From: Octopus sinensis
Lineage: Eukaryota
Length of the DNA stretch: 64,000 bases
Assembly: GCF_006345805.1 (NCBI RefSeq)
Contig: NC_042999.1
Coordinates: forward strand, 66,712,001-66,776,000
Direction of reading: 5' to 3'
The translations under genes were made by a program, and so were the position numbers. The notes beneath the pieces are model-generated. The model was not told where the DNA came from. It saw only the letters and a list, made by a program, of their open reading frames with translations, and searched no databases. Positions 1 to 13,228 of the stretch are shown here, one piece after another; the first letter of the stretch is position 1, and the number at the start of each line of letters is the position of its first letter.

Positions 1-265
1 TATAGGAATATATCTCCAGCTGTCACAAGTGTCAGACATTCCTACTGGGTTATCATTTCTGGATTCTAATGGACGTGACATTAACATCCTTCGTCTGCGC
101 AATTATTAAGACTATAAATTCGTTGCTCATTGTCTGACGTGTCACATTTACGGCCATTGTAATTGCCATTTTGGATTGTGAGGTAATATATTACTTTTGC
201 ATGCATTTCCAAAATGGGAGAAAAATACAACTAAAGCTAAGAGAAATACATCTTACACACATTTA

Positions 266-1491
266 TTGGTTCATCTCATAAATAATGCAGTTTTTTTTAT
301 ACTTCTTTTACTTTTCAAAGAGTTCTTTTAATCTAAAATATAATCTCCATCTGTCTGGCAGACTTGCAAGACGCCTCTTCCAAATTTACTCGTGCGAGAC
401 GAAAATACACCTCCAGTACTGTTCTTACCTCGTCTACAGAATTCATACTTTTTCTGTACAAATGATTTTGAACACTGCGGAATAAATGATAATCAGATGG
501 GGAAATGTCCGGTGAATATGATGGGCAGGGCATCGTTTCCCATTCAAATGTCTCCAGCCTTTGGGATGTCATCCTTGCTGTATGTAGCGGACCAATATCC
601 TTCGTCTTGAAACCAAAGATGGCCGTTTATTTTTTACTATCGTTGACGTAAGCCGGTCAAGCTGCTCGCAATAGATCTCTTTTCTTATCGATTGGCTTAG
701 ATTAAAAGTCCAAAGTGGACTAAACCTTTCATATCCTACCAAACAGATAACAAAACCTTACGTGAGTGAAGAGTCTTTATAGCCTGGTGTGTCGGTGTTT
801 CTCCTTTCCCTACCCATTATCTTCAGCGCTTGACATTTTTACAGAGAACTCATTCATTATTAACTATTCGGTCCAAAATGGGTCCATTCCTGAAACGTGA
901 GAACAAAGAATACTTAATCACTCTCTACGCACGATTAGACTCAGAAAGTTTGTGAGAAACCCATTGACCCAATTTGCTTGCTTTTCCGATGGTATGTAGG
1001 TGTCGATGAATGTTGAAAGAGCAGATCCAAGCTTCTCTGCAAGCTCATCTACAGTTACGAATGAGATTTCATGTCAACAAGATTTGCAGGAAGTCCCCAT
1101 CGAGCTCTACAGATCTTCCAGGACGAGGCTTGTCTTCTAGGCTGTAGTTTCCTGCTCGGAATTTCTGGAACCACTGTTGACACTGGCTTACGCTTATTGT
1201 CAGATTCCATATACTGCATTAGTATTCCTCGCACTTACCGTTGCGTTGTTGTCTTTATTGAACACTTAAAGCAAAATATGCTGAATATGCTCTTTTGTTA
1301 CTTCCAGTATAGCTTTGAAAGAATAAATGTTAAAATCGAACTTCACTCTTCAGAATTTGCACAAAGAATAAGTTCAAGGTAAATCAACTACCTGTTTTTA
1401 TATCAAGTTCATGCAGGTAGTTAATCCCAACCCTCTCCGACTTTTAGTTCATGCAATTGGAAAAAACCGCATTATTTATGAGATGACCCAA
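266..1491 (-). mobile_element. Mariner (Tc1/mariner) DNA transposon, full length, transposase degraded
   Basis: ~30 bp TIRs (TTGGTTCATCTCATAAATAATGCAG at 266; reverse complement ending 1491) with TA on both sides. Minus strand encodes mariner motifs: N-terminal EHIQHILL*VFNK..NAVYG and C-terminal PSYSPDISPSDYHLFRS (ORF 333-572). Contains stops and frameshifts. Confidence 0.92.
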
Positions 1492-1720
1492 TATATGTGT
1501 GTGTGTCTTTGTGTGTATGTTTGTGTGTGTGTGTGTTTATGTATAATGTATATACACACACACGAACATGTATGCATGCATGTTTGTATGTATATGTGTA
1601 TATACATTCGATATGATCGAATAAAACCACGTAAGGCACTTGGGAGTCATACAGTCACTGGTCTAATAGTTACTGCTGATTTTCGATGACTAGAGAGGTG
1701 AATAATCCCACACACACACA

Positions 1721-2015
<295 letters not shown>

Positions 2016-2039
2016 TCTTTTATACGATTCAGCCCCAAG

Positions 2040-3035
2040 GCTGTGGCCGACCAGTCTTAGGCGATTGGAGAGTGGTTAGATGACTTTCTGAAAGCTAGAA
2101 GTCAGGCAGTGGGAAATGGAGCCACCTCAATGAAAATACAAATAGTGAGGGGTGTTCCACAGGGCACTGTCTTGGGGCCACTGCTTTTCACAGTGGCCCT
2201 CTCAGATATGCCCTCAACTGCCCGAATACAAAAGTCTCGCAGAAAATATAGAACCCCAGCAATGTTGCACTTATGCAGCAGGAGTTGAACTCAATTTACA
2301 AATGGGCTGAGGATAATAATATGCAGCTTAATGCTGAAACATTCCAAACCCTGCTCTACCAGCGTCCAAAACTTACAGGGTACACTGCTCCACTGGGAAT
2401 TACAATCCCAAAATCTAAATTATTGAGGGACCTGTGTATCGATATGAGTGATGATGCCTCTTTCCAAGTGCACATCACCAGGATGGCGACAAAATGCAGA
2501 CGCCTGGCTGGGTGGATCCTGAGAACATCCAGAACCAAAGATAAGGAAACCCTGATGGTCCGCTGGAGGACATAGTCCTCAACCGCGTAGATTACTGCTC
2601 CCAGCTCTGGTCACCCAACAGTGTAAAATTAACTGCGGACCTTCAAACAATCCAGCGAAACTTCACAAAGAAGATCGTCCCTTTGCAACAGCTCAGCTAC
2701 TGGGAAAGGCTGAAACAGCTAAGAGTCTACTCCCTTGCGCGAAGGCGGGAGACGTATACAGTAATATACATCTGGAAGATCCTGGAATGAATTGTGCCAA
2801 ATTTTGGTATTGAAAGCTACAAAAATGCCAGATCGTGTCGACACTGCACAGTGCCAAAGATCCCAGCAATGCCATCACGCTTCAGGACAGTTACTACAAC
2901 GGCCTGGGTTTCAGGGGCCCATAGCTTTTTAATATTCTCCCAAAGAGCCTGAAGAACCTGCACAAAGTAGATGTAGGCGTTTTTAAATCAAGACTTGACC
3001 TCTTCCTGTCGAAAGTCCCAGATGAACCTACCTTC
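2040..3035 (+). mobile_element. 5'-truncated non-LTR retrotransposon fragment (CR1/L2/Jockey-group RT C-terminal region)
   Basis: GVPQGTVLGPLLF RT motif at ~2152-2190, ORF 2273-2575 (WAEDNNMQLNAE..LRDL), and a typical tail FKSRLDLFLSKVPDEP near 2980-3030. The YADD segment is deleted and there are several frameshifts. Confidence 0.85.
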
Positions 3036-4638
3036 TGCAAAAGTACAGGAAAAGAGGAACGAAATATTACTCTTAAAATATTGCTGCTGACGTTAGAGTT
3101 TGAAAGCTAAAATATGAATAAATACTCTTATGTATATTTTTAATATTTACATAAAAGTTTATATTAAAATACTCAAGAAGCTATTTATTTTCAATTTTAG
3201 TGAAGACTGATTGAAAGTTTATACATTAAAATTTTAATATTACAAATGGAGTGCATTATATATTTTAAAAATCACATTGTGGCAATTATATAAATTCTGC
3301 TTGAACTGCTATATTAATTGCTGTAAGGGTTAAATATAACTTAACACCTTTCGACTGCTTTTAACTGCTGTATAGCTCATATTTTAATTGTTATTTTATC
3401 TGGTATTTTAAATACTACGTACATAGATCAAAGATAAATTTAACGACTACATACTAGTATTTTAACTACGATTTTATTTTCATAATTAGTCATTTATGGC
3501 CGTCATAATAGACTGTTATACAATAGGTATCCCTAGAATGTGAAGAAACGTGTCCTAGTGATCAGCGTTTCGATACCTAGTCTGGGCGACGCGTTGTGCT
3601 CTCGAGGTGGGAGAGTGACTCAATCGCTGGCACGGCGGCAGAAGTTCTTTACGGTATGTTTTTCGACTCTCTACTACCTGAGTCCAGATGCCACTTACTG
3701 GAGAACGCAACAAAAAAAAACAGTCTAATATGCAACCAAAGCCTACTCACTTTAAACAAAGTTCCAATAATCTACTTAACAGTGACAGATTAGGACGTAC
3801 AGAATGTGCTGAAGAACGTTCACTCTTGCAGGACATGCGCAATGGCAGACCACCAATACACCAGATCATTAGTTTGTAATTCTTCTTTATTCAGTCTATT
3901 AGATTATAACTCCGCTCTAGGATTATTCACCTCTCTATGCATCGAAAATCAACACTAACTATTAGACCAGTGACTTACGTGGTTTTATTCGAGCATATGG
4001 ACAATTATATATGTAGAAAAGGCCTGTAGAAATTGTTGCATTGATTATCCTTCGCTTTTCTTTATCTTTTTTTTTTTATTTATTCTTCAATAGAGATGTT
4101 TACATTGGGAGAATTACGTACATAATTCAAATATTGAAAACATCACCAGGTTGAAACACGGCTCATGGAGAATGTGTAACAAATCCAAAACGCAATAAAT
4201 ATTTCAGTGATGTCTCTTGCGCCTATACTGAGTAGAATTAGTTATGTCCAATTTTATCCTGTCATTAAGATTAATTAGATAAATTGACTGATCAATATAT
4301 CAATTACACAACTACCATCTTTAATATGCAGCAAGTGTTCAACAGAGTGATGTTTCCTGTATTAGTTAATAACAATTTATGGGAATGAAATATTACCATT
4401 ACAAATATTACAATCACAAATTAACAACGATTACATATTCCTAGATATATTTAATATTATAAGCATGAATTTTACATAGAACAGATATCGAAACCAATCT
4501 GATATTCGAGAGCTATTTTCTTCGCTTTTGTCAGTGGTCTATATATGTGCTCTCCATAAAATTATTGCTTATGATATCACATATCTTTATTGATTCTGTT
4601 CAGTGAATTGAATACAGTAAACAAACGTTGAATATAAT

Positions 4639-4808
4639 TCAGTGACGACAACTGTTTAAACACATTATATATTTCATAAGATTTTCTTGTTTCGAATATG
4701 AACTATAGCACCCATATCGACATTTGCAGTGCTCTCGGAAACACGACATCCAGTTGGTTTTCTCACCGTGTCCATGCGGACAATAAGGAGGACAGTCCAC
4801 GTTAACGC
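4639..4808 (-). CDS. CRP1 mature-peptide exon (terminal coding exon) of a secreted 8-Cys peptide; (G)VNVDCPPYCPHGHGEKTNWMSCFREHCKCRYGCYSSYSKQENLMKYIMCLNSCRH*
   Basis: Acceptor ctaattttAG (4810-4809), phase 1, open frame to TGA at 4641-4639, AATAAA ~48 nt downstream. Same 8-Cys framework and REHCKCRYxCY core as the exons at 41255, 50327 and 60542. Missed by the ORF track because it has no in-frame ATG before the motif. Confidence 0.85.
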
Positions 4809-5593
4809 CTAAAATTAGTAAATAATAAAATTTTTCTTTAATAACATTATATGATATTTAAAAACGAAGATGAAGATGCATTGTACTCATATGAAGATTA
4901 CTACATTAATTTCTTTGAACGTGTTTCTGCTAGACGGGTCAGCTTTCAACGTGGCCTCCATTTAAAGCAATTTTCTGTCAACGCATATATTTCTATCAAC
5001 GCATATATTTCTCTTTAAATTTCTTAATATCTCCGTATATCCTTCACCCATTATCCATACCTATTTTTCATTTGAACTCCATAATTTTGATTTTATTATT
5101 GACGACACAAAATTAATTAATTTAGCATTTTCCTTTTTGATTCTAATTGCTCTAATTACAATTTGGATGAATACCATGGGGCAGTTTACAAACAACGATA
5201 AGTTTCTGTGATATTGTCACCAAGATTTTTTATAAACTATACAACTGATAGACGTTTATTCCAAGCGAATAATTTACTGAGTCGTAACTTTATCTCAACA
5301 ACAGTGATCAATATATTACAAACGCCAATTGATGGTTTTCAGGGAATTTTTTGTTTTCCTCGAATGTAATCACACAACTTGAAATGTTCTTAATGTACAT
5401 ATACGCAGGCACAGGGTCTCAAATAGCATAATCCAAAGTTTAAAGTCTCTGAGAAAACAGAAGGGGGAAATGTAATCTAGAGAGTAGCAGATCTAATAAC
5501 GTAATATCCAATAAATAGGTTAAGGGAAGGAGTAAATGTCTCAAAGAAACATCATGGTGATAACATCTGTTTCGGTGATATCATCGTGAAAAA

Positions 5594-6289
5594 GGATCTT
5601 TTCGGTTTGAACGGCAGATTTTTAAAATAATTTCCATGTAACTAAAAAATTTTAAACTTCGTATACTGGTAGAATGTGTTTATAAAATATCTTTTTCTCT
5701 TGGCTTTCTTGAGAAAATTCTGTAGTTTGTAAGATATTTGTAATATATTTTCTTCAATTTCTGCACTTTAAACCAATCAATGACGTCTATTGAGGTGAAA
5801 ATGATTCCTGCCGTAGAGGGTAAACAACATTTCCTGGAAGTGTCATATGAAAATGTCACCCATAATTATGACCCTAGTATCGATCTATTGCATTTCAATC
5901 TGTTTTAGGGTTAGGGTTATAGTTAGAGTTAGTAGGGTTAGTTAGGGGTAGTTAGGGTTAGGGTTAGGGGTGGGCGGAAGGGTATGTTTTTTCTTCATAA
6001 ATGCAAATAAACCCAATCTGTTTCTTAAACGAGGGACATTTTCATATAACACCGCCAGAAAATGTCTACGGTAGAGAATGTTTTCACTTCACTAGACGTC
6101 ATTGATTGGTTGAAATTGCCGAAATTGAAGAAAATATATTACAAATATCTTACAAACTACAGAATTTTCTCAAGAAAGCCAAGAGAAATAGATGTTTTAT
6201 AAACACATTCTACCAGTATACGAAGTTTAAATTTTTTTTAGTTACATGGAAATTATTTTAAAAATCTGCCGTTCAAACCGAAAAGATCC
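5594..6289. mobile_element. MITE/foldback element with ~200 bp TIRs and internal degenerate (TTAGGG)n, in CRP1 intron
   Basis: TIRs GGATCTTTTCGGTTTGAACGG... (5594-~5790) and its reverse complement (~6087-6289). Direct repeat GTGAAAAA at 5586-5593 and 6290-6297 is an 8-bp TSD (9 bp if the end is shifted by one), compatible with Mutator/hAT-like elements. Confidence 0.88.
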
Positions 6290-7181
6290 GTGAAAAAATG
6301 AACAAACGATAGCATGAGATCTGATACATTTAGAACTGTTTGAAAAGTAGTTCATACTGGAGGTCTTTGCGGATGGAAATAAAGAAGCCCTGTTATAAAA
6401 TGTATTACATCAGTTCTGATACTGCATAGACATGTTGGCAACGGATGCATAAGAATGAATATATTCTTCTTAGCATGTGTAACACTATATCAGAAGGATC
6501 ACTCTAACTTAGTAAATCAAGTTCGCGGTGATGTGTAGTGTGTGTATGTGTGTGTGCGCGCATGTATGCGTGCGTTTGTGTGTGTGTGTATGCATGTCTT
6601 TGTGTCTGTGTGTCTGTGCATTACTTTGTGAGTGCATGTGTTTCAGAATGTTATGTTTAGTTCTACGTGTATTACTTACTTAAGTGTTAGATAATCACGA
6701 TTATCAAAACTAAGTATGACCTAGACGAAAAACCAGTTATTGTGCGTGGCCAACGAAAGGATAGATCTAATCAATGTGGTCGAATGCAATGGAGGGAATT
6801 GTAGCAGAATAGATTTAAGGCATTATTGGTGAGATAAAACAGTTCAAAATGTAAAGCGAAATGTGGTTGGAGCACACATGAATAGGAAAAAAGAATAGTG
6901 ATGAGAACAAACTGAACTGAAGGGATTGATTAAGGATTATATTGAGATATTTTTATTTATAAAAGGAATGTCATATACAGGAAATCTGATAACAGAACTT
7001 TCTTGTGGGAATTATGGTTCACATATATCGAGATACACAGAGAGGTAATTCTCGGGAAAATTGATTCTAGATATTTATAAACATATTTCACCTAAATTAG
7101 ATTTAGATGCACAATTAATCACCAACGTCATTAGACAGGGGTTGAAAGACTTTTTAACGAATGGAATAACAATTTTCCTAC

Positions 7182-7242
7182 CTTCGGTCAGAGAAATCGT
7201 CGAGTATATTGCCAAGATGATGAGAAAGAATGTAGAATTCAT
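7182..7242 (-). CDS. CRP1 signal-peptide exon (MNSTFFLIILAIYSTISLTE/G); spliced product 76 aa
   Basis: ATG at 7242, hydrophobic core, donor GAAG|GTAGG at 7182/7181 (phase 1, matches the 4808 acceptor), upstream acceptor AAAG|GTTCAAT at 7250/7249. Homologous to signal exons at 22474, 29991, 48381 and 58590. Confidence 0.85.
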
Positions 7243-7409
7243 ATTGAACCTTTAAAATCTATAAATGCAAACATACATACACATATATAAACAGATATTC
7301 AAACATAGAATGACTTATATGCAAGCATAGGCATTTATGTTTGTATGTCCTTAAATCATTTAAAATGTTTTAGCCCGAAGGTCGCAACCATGCTGGAGCA
7401 CCACCACAT

Positions 7410-7439
7410 AATATATATGTGTTCCTATATATTATATAT

Positions 7440-7484
<45 letters not shown>

Positions 7485-7499
7485 TATATATAATATATA

Positions 7500-7566
<67 letters not shown>
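7410..7566. repeat. (TA)n microsatellite
   Basis: Directly visible; source of spurious IY-repeat ORFs. Confidence 0.95.
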
Positions 7567-7568
<2 letters not shown>

Positions 7569-7802
7569 ATTTGATCGTTAATCTAAAAATATAATAACGA
7601 TTTCATCAAGTGGTCAGCATGGAAAAAATAACCTTCAAAGATAATAATTATTAAGATTATAATTATAATTTTAATAATTATTAATTATAATTAATAATAA
7701 CTTTTGTATATGAAATAATGAACTATTTTGTATAGATAATATACAAAAATTTAAATATAATCATAATGGTAGATACCATAATTTATATATATATATTATA
7801 TA

Positions 7803-7841
<39 letters not shown>

Positions 7842-7909
7842 TTATGGTATCTACCATTATGATTATATTTAGATTTTTGTATATTATCTATACAAAATAG
7901 TTTATATAT

Positions 7910-9048
7910 ATAAGTTCAGCAAAATTTAGATTCAAATGAATATGGTACTTAAGTTAGATGCACCAGAATTTTGAATGGTGTTATCCATATAAATCCATGG
8001 GGTGATTATAATCAAAATAAGCAACAAGAATATCTTCGGTAATTTGGTACGATCCTTTCACGCTACATCATTTTATTAAATATTGTAAGTATTACAACAG
8101 TTTTAAAATGTTGAGCAATCATCAGCAATTTATAGAGGTTTTCCTTTAATACATAATTTTCATATTAACTGACAACATAATAGAAAAGGTAGACATATAG
8201 ACAAATATGTCGATTTGAATTTTAAGAACATGAAGGTAGTAGAGTTTATGTTCTGACTGAAGAATATTCTAAAGTTATTTTGAACTGCTAAACGGTTGGG
8301 AAGTATAATTAGTTGAAAGGAGAGAAAAGAGATTTTCTATTTATAGAAATAGGGGTGAAATAAATGTCAGAAGTTATTCATAAAGAAATTCAAGTAGAGA
8401 GGGGGTTATAATACCCTAGAAGCTATTTACTATTATTTGGCAAACAGATTTTCTATCAAGAAAACAAGGTCAATGTCAGATGGTCACAATGACCACCTAT
8501 ATACCAAAAAGTTATAGAGAATACAGAGATCCCTTTATACTTATATACATAAGTTTATACTTAGCTGGTAGGTGTTGATTATTTTGATACGTTGGATTAA
8601 AGGAGAAATTATAAATCTAATATTTATTCATTTTGGAGAAAAATCTATCATTTATAATGAGTAGGTATAATACTTAATAAACTGAGGACAAAAGTCTTAT
8701 TAATAAAGTGAATATATTAGGGGTCAAATATATATATTGGAAGAATAGTAACCAAGATGAATAATATTCTTAGGTTTAGTAGAAGGCGATTTATTTTTAT
8801 GAAGAGAAGTAATCAAGATGAGTAAATTACTCAGATTTAGTAGATAGAGAATTGTTATTAAGGAATTAAATTATAGAATCTGTTAGACATAGTATTTACT
8901 ATCCGCGGAGGAAAGCTAATTAGTTAGGTAAAAATATCTTGGGTTAATGATATATTAAGAAATGGAAGTGAGGTAATCAACATGAACTGAGTAGTTTCTT
9001 TAGGGACATAGGATTTATACTATTTAATATAGGAGATTATAAAAAAAA
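7910..9048 (+). mobile_element. Inverted partial copy of the 5' part of the Penelope-like element
   Basis: 8007-9048 is the reverse complement of ~14367-15383 with scattered substitutions. Confidence 0.8.
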
Positions 9049-9974
9049 GAGAATTTAATTCCAAATGTGCAATGAATTTTTTTAGTAATCTATGCATGTT
9101 GAATTAAAAGCTAGTATGGTATATTCATTCTTATTTAATTATAAAGTTTAGGAATGGTCACAATATTATTATTTAAAATATTTAAATATACGGGATGTGC
9201 TATGTATGCAAGATGCTCCTAGTTCAGAACAGTTATTTAACAGATTTGTATTATTCCTATGTTTTAAAATTTCATATGTTTCCATAGAACAAAGTTCACA
9301 ACCATCTCTGCTATTTCTATAAGGCCATGCTTTTCTTACTATATCCCATTTCAGGTTAAATTCTATATTATTTCTTTTCAGTTCCCAAATTTTACTAGAC
9401 AATGATGTGCAACCTGCCTTGTGTTTAAGCCTAAAGGAGGAAAAATGATAGTTTAAATTGTTATATTTCGGAATGGTCATTTTGCCAGTTTAGCCAATAA
9501 AAACACACGCACTATATATTTGGTGTTACTTTGCTTCAGTGTTATTTATTTTTTACATTAATCTTAATCTTATTTCGGCCAGAGTTCTTTCGTCACACTC
9601 CTGTTTAAATGGTTTTTTTTTAAATCCACCGAACAACCGAAATAAAGATAGTTGTTATTTGAAGTCACTATTGTACATTTATAAATTAAATTTTGGATCA
9701 AACAGCGGCCAGATGTCGAACATTTCGATCTAATCCTACAATTACATCGGGGGGGGGGGGATAATTTCTGGTACTAGTATTATTTATGGATGAGTCGTTT
9801 TCATTTCCGTTACTCGAGTTATTATTAGTATTAGTGTTATTTCCTCTTACAGTAGTTATATTGTTATGTAACTAGTTATTAATCCATTCTCACTATCCTC
9901 ATCTTCTACATTTTTATCTTTACTACCTATATTATTGATGTTATTATCACTATTTATACTAATGCTGTTATTAT

Positions 9975-9976
9975 GA

Positions 9977-10017
<41 letters not shown>

Positions 10018-10063
10018 TTTTTATTATTATTATTATAATTATTATTAGCATTATTATCAATAC

Positions 10064-10136
<73 letters not shown>

Positions 10137-10150
10137 TTCATTATTATTAT
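9975..10150. repeat. (TAA/ATT)n microsatellite at the 3' junction of the R4/Dong LINE
   Basis: Directly visible; a shorter (ATT)n tract lies at the other junction (~13229-13290). Confidence 0.95.
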
Positions 10151-13100
10151 CATTCAGTAGTTTTATTTTTATAGCGTGCTTTCACTTCACTACCGAGCGC
10201 AGCTCTGTGTGCCTTGCGTATTTGCTGTGATTTGTTGTGATGCTTTGATTGTTACTGGATTGAAATTGTTCTGCGTAGGATGTGTGTAGTGCCTAGTAGT
10301 GCAATTTTCTGTATGTTATATGTGTTTGTAAGTCCTGATGTTTTTGTTATGTATTTATCTGAATATTTTTTTATCATGCCTAATGCACCTACTATGATAG
10401 GGATTCCACATTCTTTGTATATTGAAAGTTTCACCATTTCTTTTAGTGACACTTTGTCATCTGCTGGTATTGATACATCAATTAGAAGGCATTTTTTTCT
10501 TCATGATCTCTGACAACTATATCTGGTCTGTTGGCCTTAATTTCTCTATCTGTGTGTATTGGCATATCCCAGAGTATGGTTGCTTTCTCATTTTCTGTGA
10601 CCTTTTCTGGTGTGTGCCTATACCATCGTTTTTCTGTTGTTATTCCATAATATTGGCATAGCTTCCAGTCGTCTGAATATATTCCCTCTTAGCCAGGACT
10701 GGGCAGCCAGAGATAATATGATTTATTGTTTCTTGTCCATCTCCACATATTCTGCAGTTACTTGTTATATTTCTTTTCAGTACATGTGTTTGGTAATTTC
10801 TGATGGGGAGGGAGGCTTTGGTCTTGTGCTGCAACTAAAAATCCCTCTGTCTCTGCTTTGAGTCCTGAGCATCTCAACCATTGCTGGGATTTTTCTATGT
10901 CTATTTCTTTTGCATCTAGTTTAGTCCTGTATTTGCCATGACGGGACTTTTGTTGCCATCGTTTTATCATGGTTCGTTGCTGTTCTAGTTTTAGTTTGGA
11001 TTTCATTTGTTTTATAGCTTTTGTTGTTTCTTCTTCTTCTTCTTCTTCTCTTCTTCTTCTCCTTCTCCTTCTTCTTCTTCTTCTTCTTCTTCTTCTTCTT
11101 CTTCTTCTTCTTCTTCTTCATATTGTTAAGTGGTATGATTTCTCGTTTGTATTTGTCAGCTTCCTTAAATACTGAGAATAGGTTTTTGTTTTGCTATTCG
11201 TATCAGGTTTCCTTGCTTCTGAAGTAGGTATTTTTACAGTCCTATGGTGGTTATTTTATAGTAGTTTTCCAGCTGTTTAAGGCCTCTACTATCTTCTATA
11301 CGTTGTATATATAGCCTTTCTATGTCAGATTTTGGGTGATGCATCCTAGATTCTGTCATTATTTTTCTTGTTTTCCTAACTATTTTGGTCAGTTCATTTA
11401 GTGTCCAGTTATGGATATTGTAGCTGTAACTTATAACTGGGACGGCTAAAGTGTTAATACCTATTATCTTGTTTTTAGCATTGAGTTCTGTTTTTAGTAT
11501 TGATCTAACTCGTCTATAACATTCTTTTCTCTTTCATTTGTGTGTGTTGTGTTTTATCTAGTTCATGGATTCCTAAGTATTTGCAAGTTTGGCTTTGGTC
11601 TAATTCTTTTATTTCATTGGTTTTATCTAGTGTGATGTTGCTACGCTTAACTAGTTTTCCTCTTTTCATGGTTACTTTGGCGCATTTTTCTTATCCAAAT
11701 TTCATATCTATTTCTTTGGTGAATCCATGAACTGTCTTTAGTAGTGTTTCCAGCTGTTTGTCATTTGTAGCGTATAGTTTTAGGTCATAAAAGGTAGCTA
11801 ATCGTTTTGCCGTAACATTTATATCCGCGTCCAGTTCAATTTAGCAAATCAGATAGAGGTCAGAGTGCCAAGCAGAAAATGAGTGGAGAGAGCGTGTCTC
11901 CCTGGAATATTCCTCTTCTAATGTGGATGGCTTTGGTTTTCACGAGTCCCCTTTTGTTTGAAGCTGTAGCACTGTTTGCCATTTATTCACGCCTTTCTGT
12001 AGTCGATTCAGGCCATACTAAGGTCTTTCTTCTTTCTGTGGCTGTCTTCAGTTATGGCTTTATTAATCATTAGTTGATCTTTACAGCCATATGAGCTTTG
12101 CGGCATCCTTTCTGCTCTTCTGGAAACAGGTTGTTTTCGTCCTGGTGCTTGTTTAATCTTTGTGATAGTACTGCAGTAAATGCTTTGTACATTGTAGGGA
12201 GACAGGTTATAGGTCTGTAGTTTTCTGATTTTGCTGTCTCATTGGATTTGGGAATTAATATGGTTTTCCCCTTCGTGAGCCATTCAGGCATTGTCTCTGG
12301 CTCTGCCAGTATGTTGTTAAGGTTTTCAGCCAGCTTTTTGTGCATTCCTGTCAGATATTTCAACCAGAAGTTGGGGATCTTGTCATGCCCAGGTGCCTTC
12401 CAGTTGCTTAGTCTTTGCAGTGCCTGAGTGACCTCTTCAGTTGTTATGAGGGTTCAAAGTTGCTCAGATGCTATGTTTGTTGTTTTAATACTCCTTTGTT
12501 TTTGGTTGTTCATTCGCCGACCATATTCCTTTCCAGAATTCTCCCACTTCTGCCGTTGGTGCTTCAGTGATGTCTATTTTATTTTTGCCAATTTCTTGGA
12601 AGAACTTTTTGGGGTTGGAGTTTAATTATTTGTTTTGTTCAAAGAAACGTTGGCGTTTCTAATACCGGCGGATTCTTTGTGCTTTGGCAAGGATATCTTG
12701 CTTTAGTTTTTCTTTTATCTCAGGTAAATCTTTTTCTGTGATGTTGAATTTGCGCAGTATTTTTGTTTTCTTTTTGCTGCTTAGTAGCGTTGATTGTCTA
12801 CTGACTTCGTTAAGAATCGACAGATCTTTTCTCATTTTTTGTATTTTCTTTTGGATGTTATTTAACCACAGGGTTTGTTTGGGTGGTAGTACTCCAGTTT
12901 GGATGGGTTTCAGCTTCTTCATGATCTCTGACAACTATATCTGGTCTGTTGGCCTTAAATTCTCTATCTGTGTGTATTGGCATATCCCAGAGTATGGTTG
13001 CTTTCTCGTTTTCTGTGACCTTTTCTGGTGTGTGCCTATACCATCGTTTATCTGTTGTTATTCCATAATGTTGGCATAGCTTCCAGTGTATGTAGGTCCC

Positions 13101-13228
13101 AACTCTGTCGTGTCTGTGAATATATTCCTTCTTAGCCAGGACTGGGCAGCCAGAGATAATATGATTTATTGTTTCTTGTCCATCTCCACATATTCTGCAG
13201 TTACTTGATATATTTCTTTTCATTACAT
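10150..13228 (-). mobile_element. R4/Dong-clade non-LTR retrotransposon (RT + CCHC + restriction-like endonuclease), degraded
   Basis: RT N-terminal PEWLTKGKTILIPK..NYRPITCLPTMYK (12070-12363), WLRCSGLKAETEGFLVAAQDQ (10758-11006), CRICGDGQETINHIISGCP zinc knuckle, KANRPDIVV endonuclease motif, C-terminal IPIIVGALG..QKIALLGTTHILRR. Flanked by TAA repeats. Confidence 0.9.
11025..11119. repeat. (TTC)n microsatellite inside the LINE
   Basis: Directly visible; source of poly-K/poly-L/poly-F ORFs. Confidence 0.95.

Noticed and set aside
5905-5972. (TTAGGG)n as a true telomere or chromosome fusion scar
   Set aside because: Short, degenerate, single orientation, and enclosed by the TIRs and TSD of a MITE.
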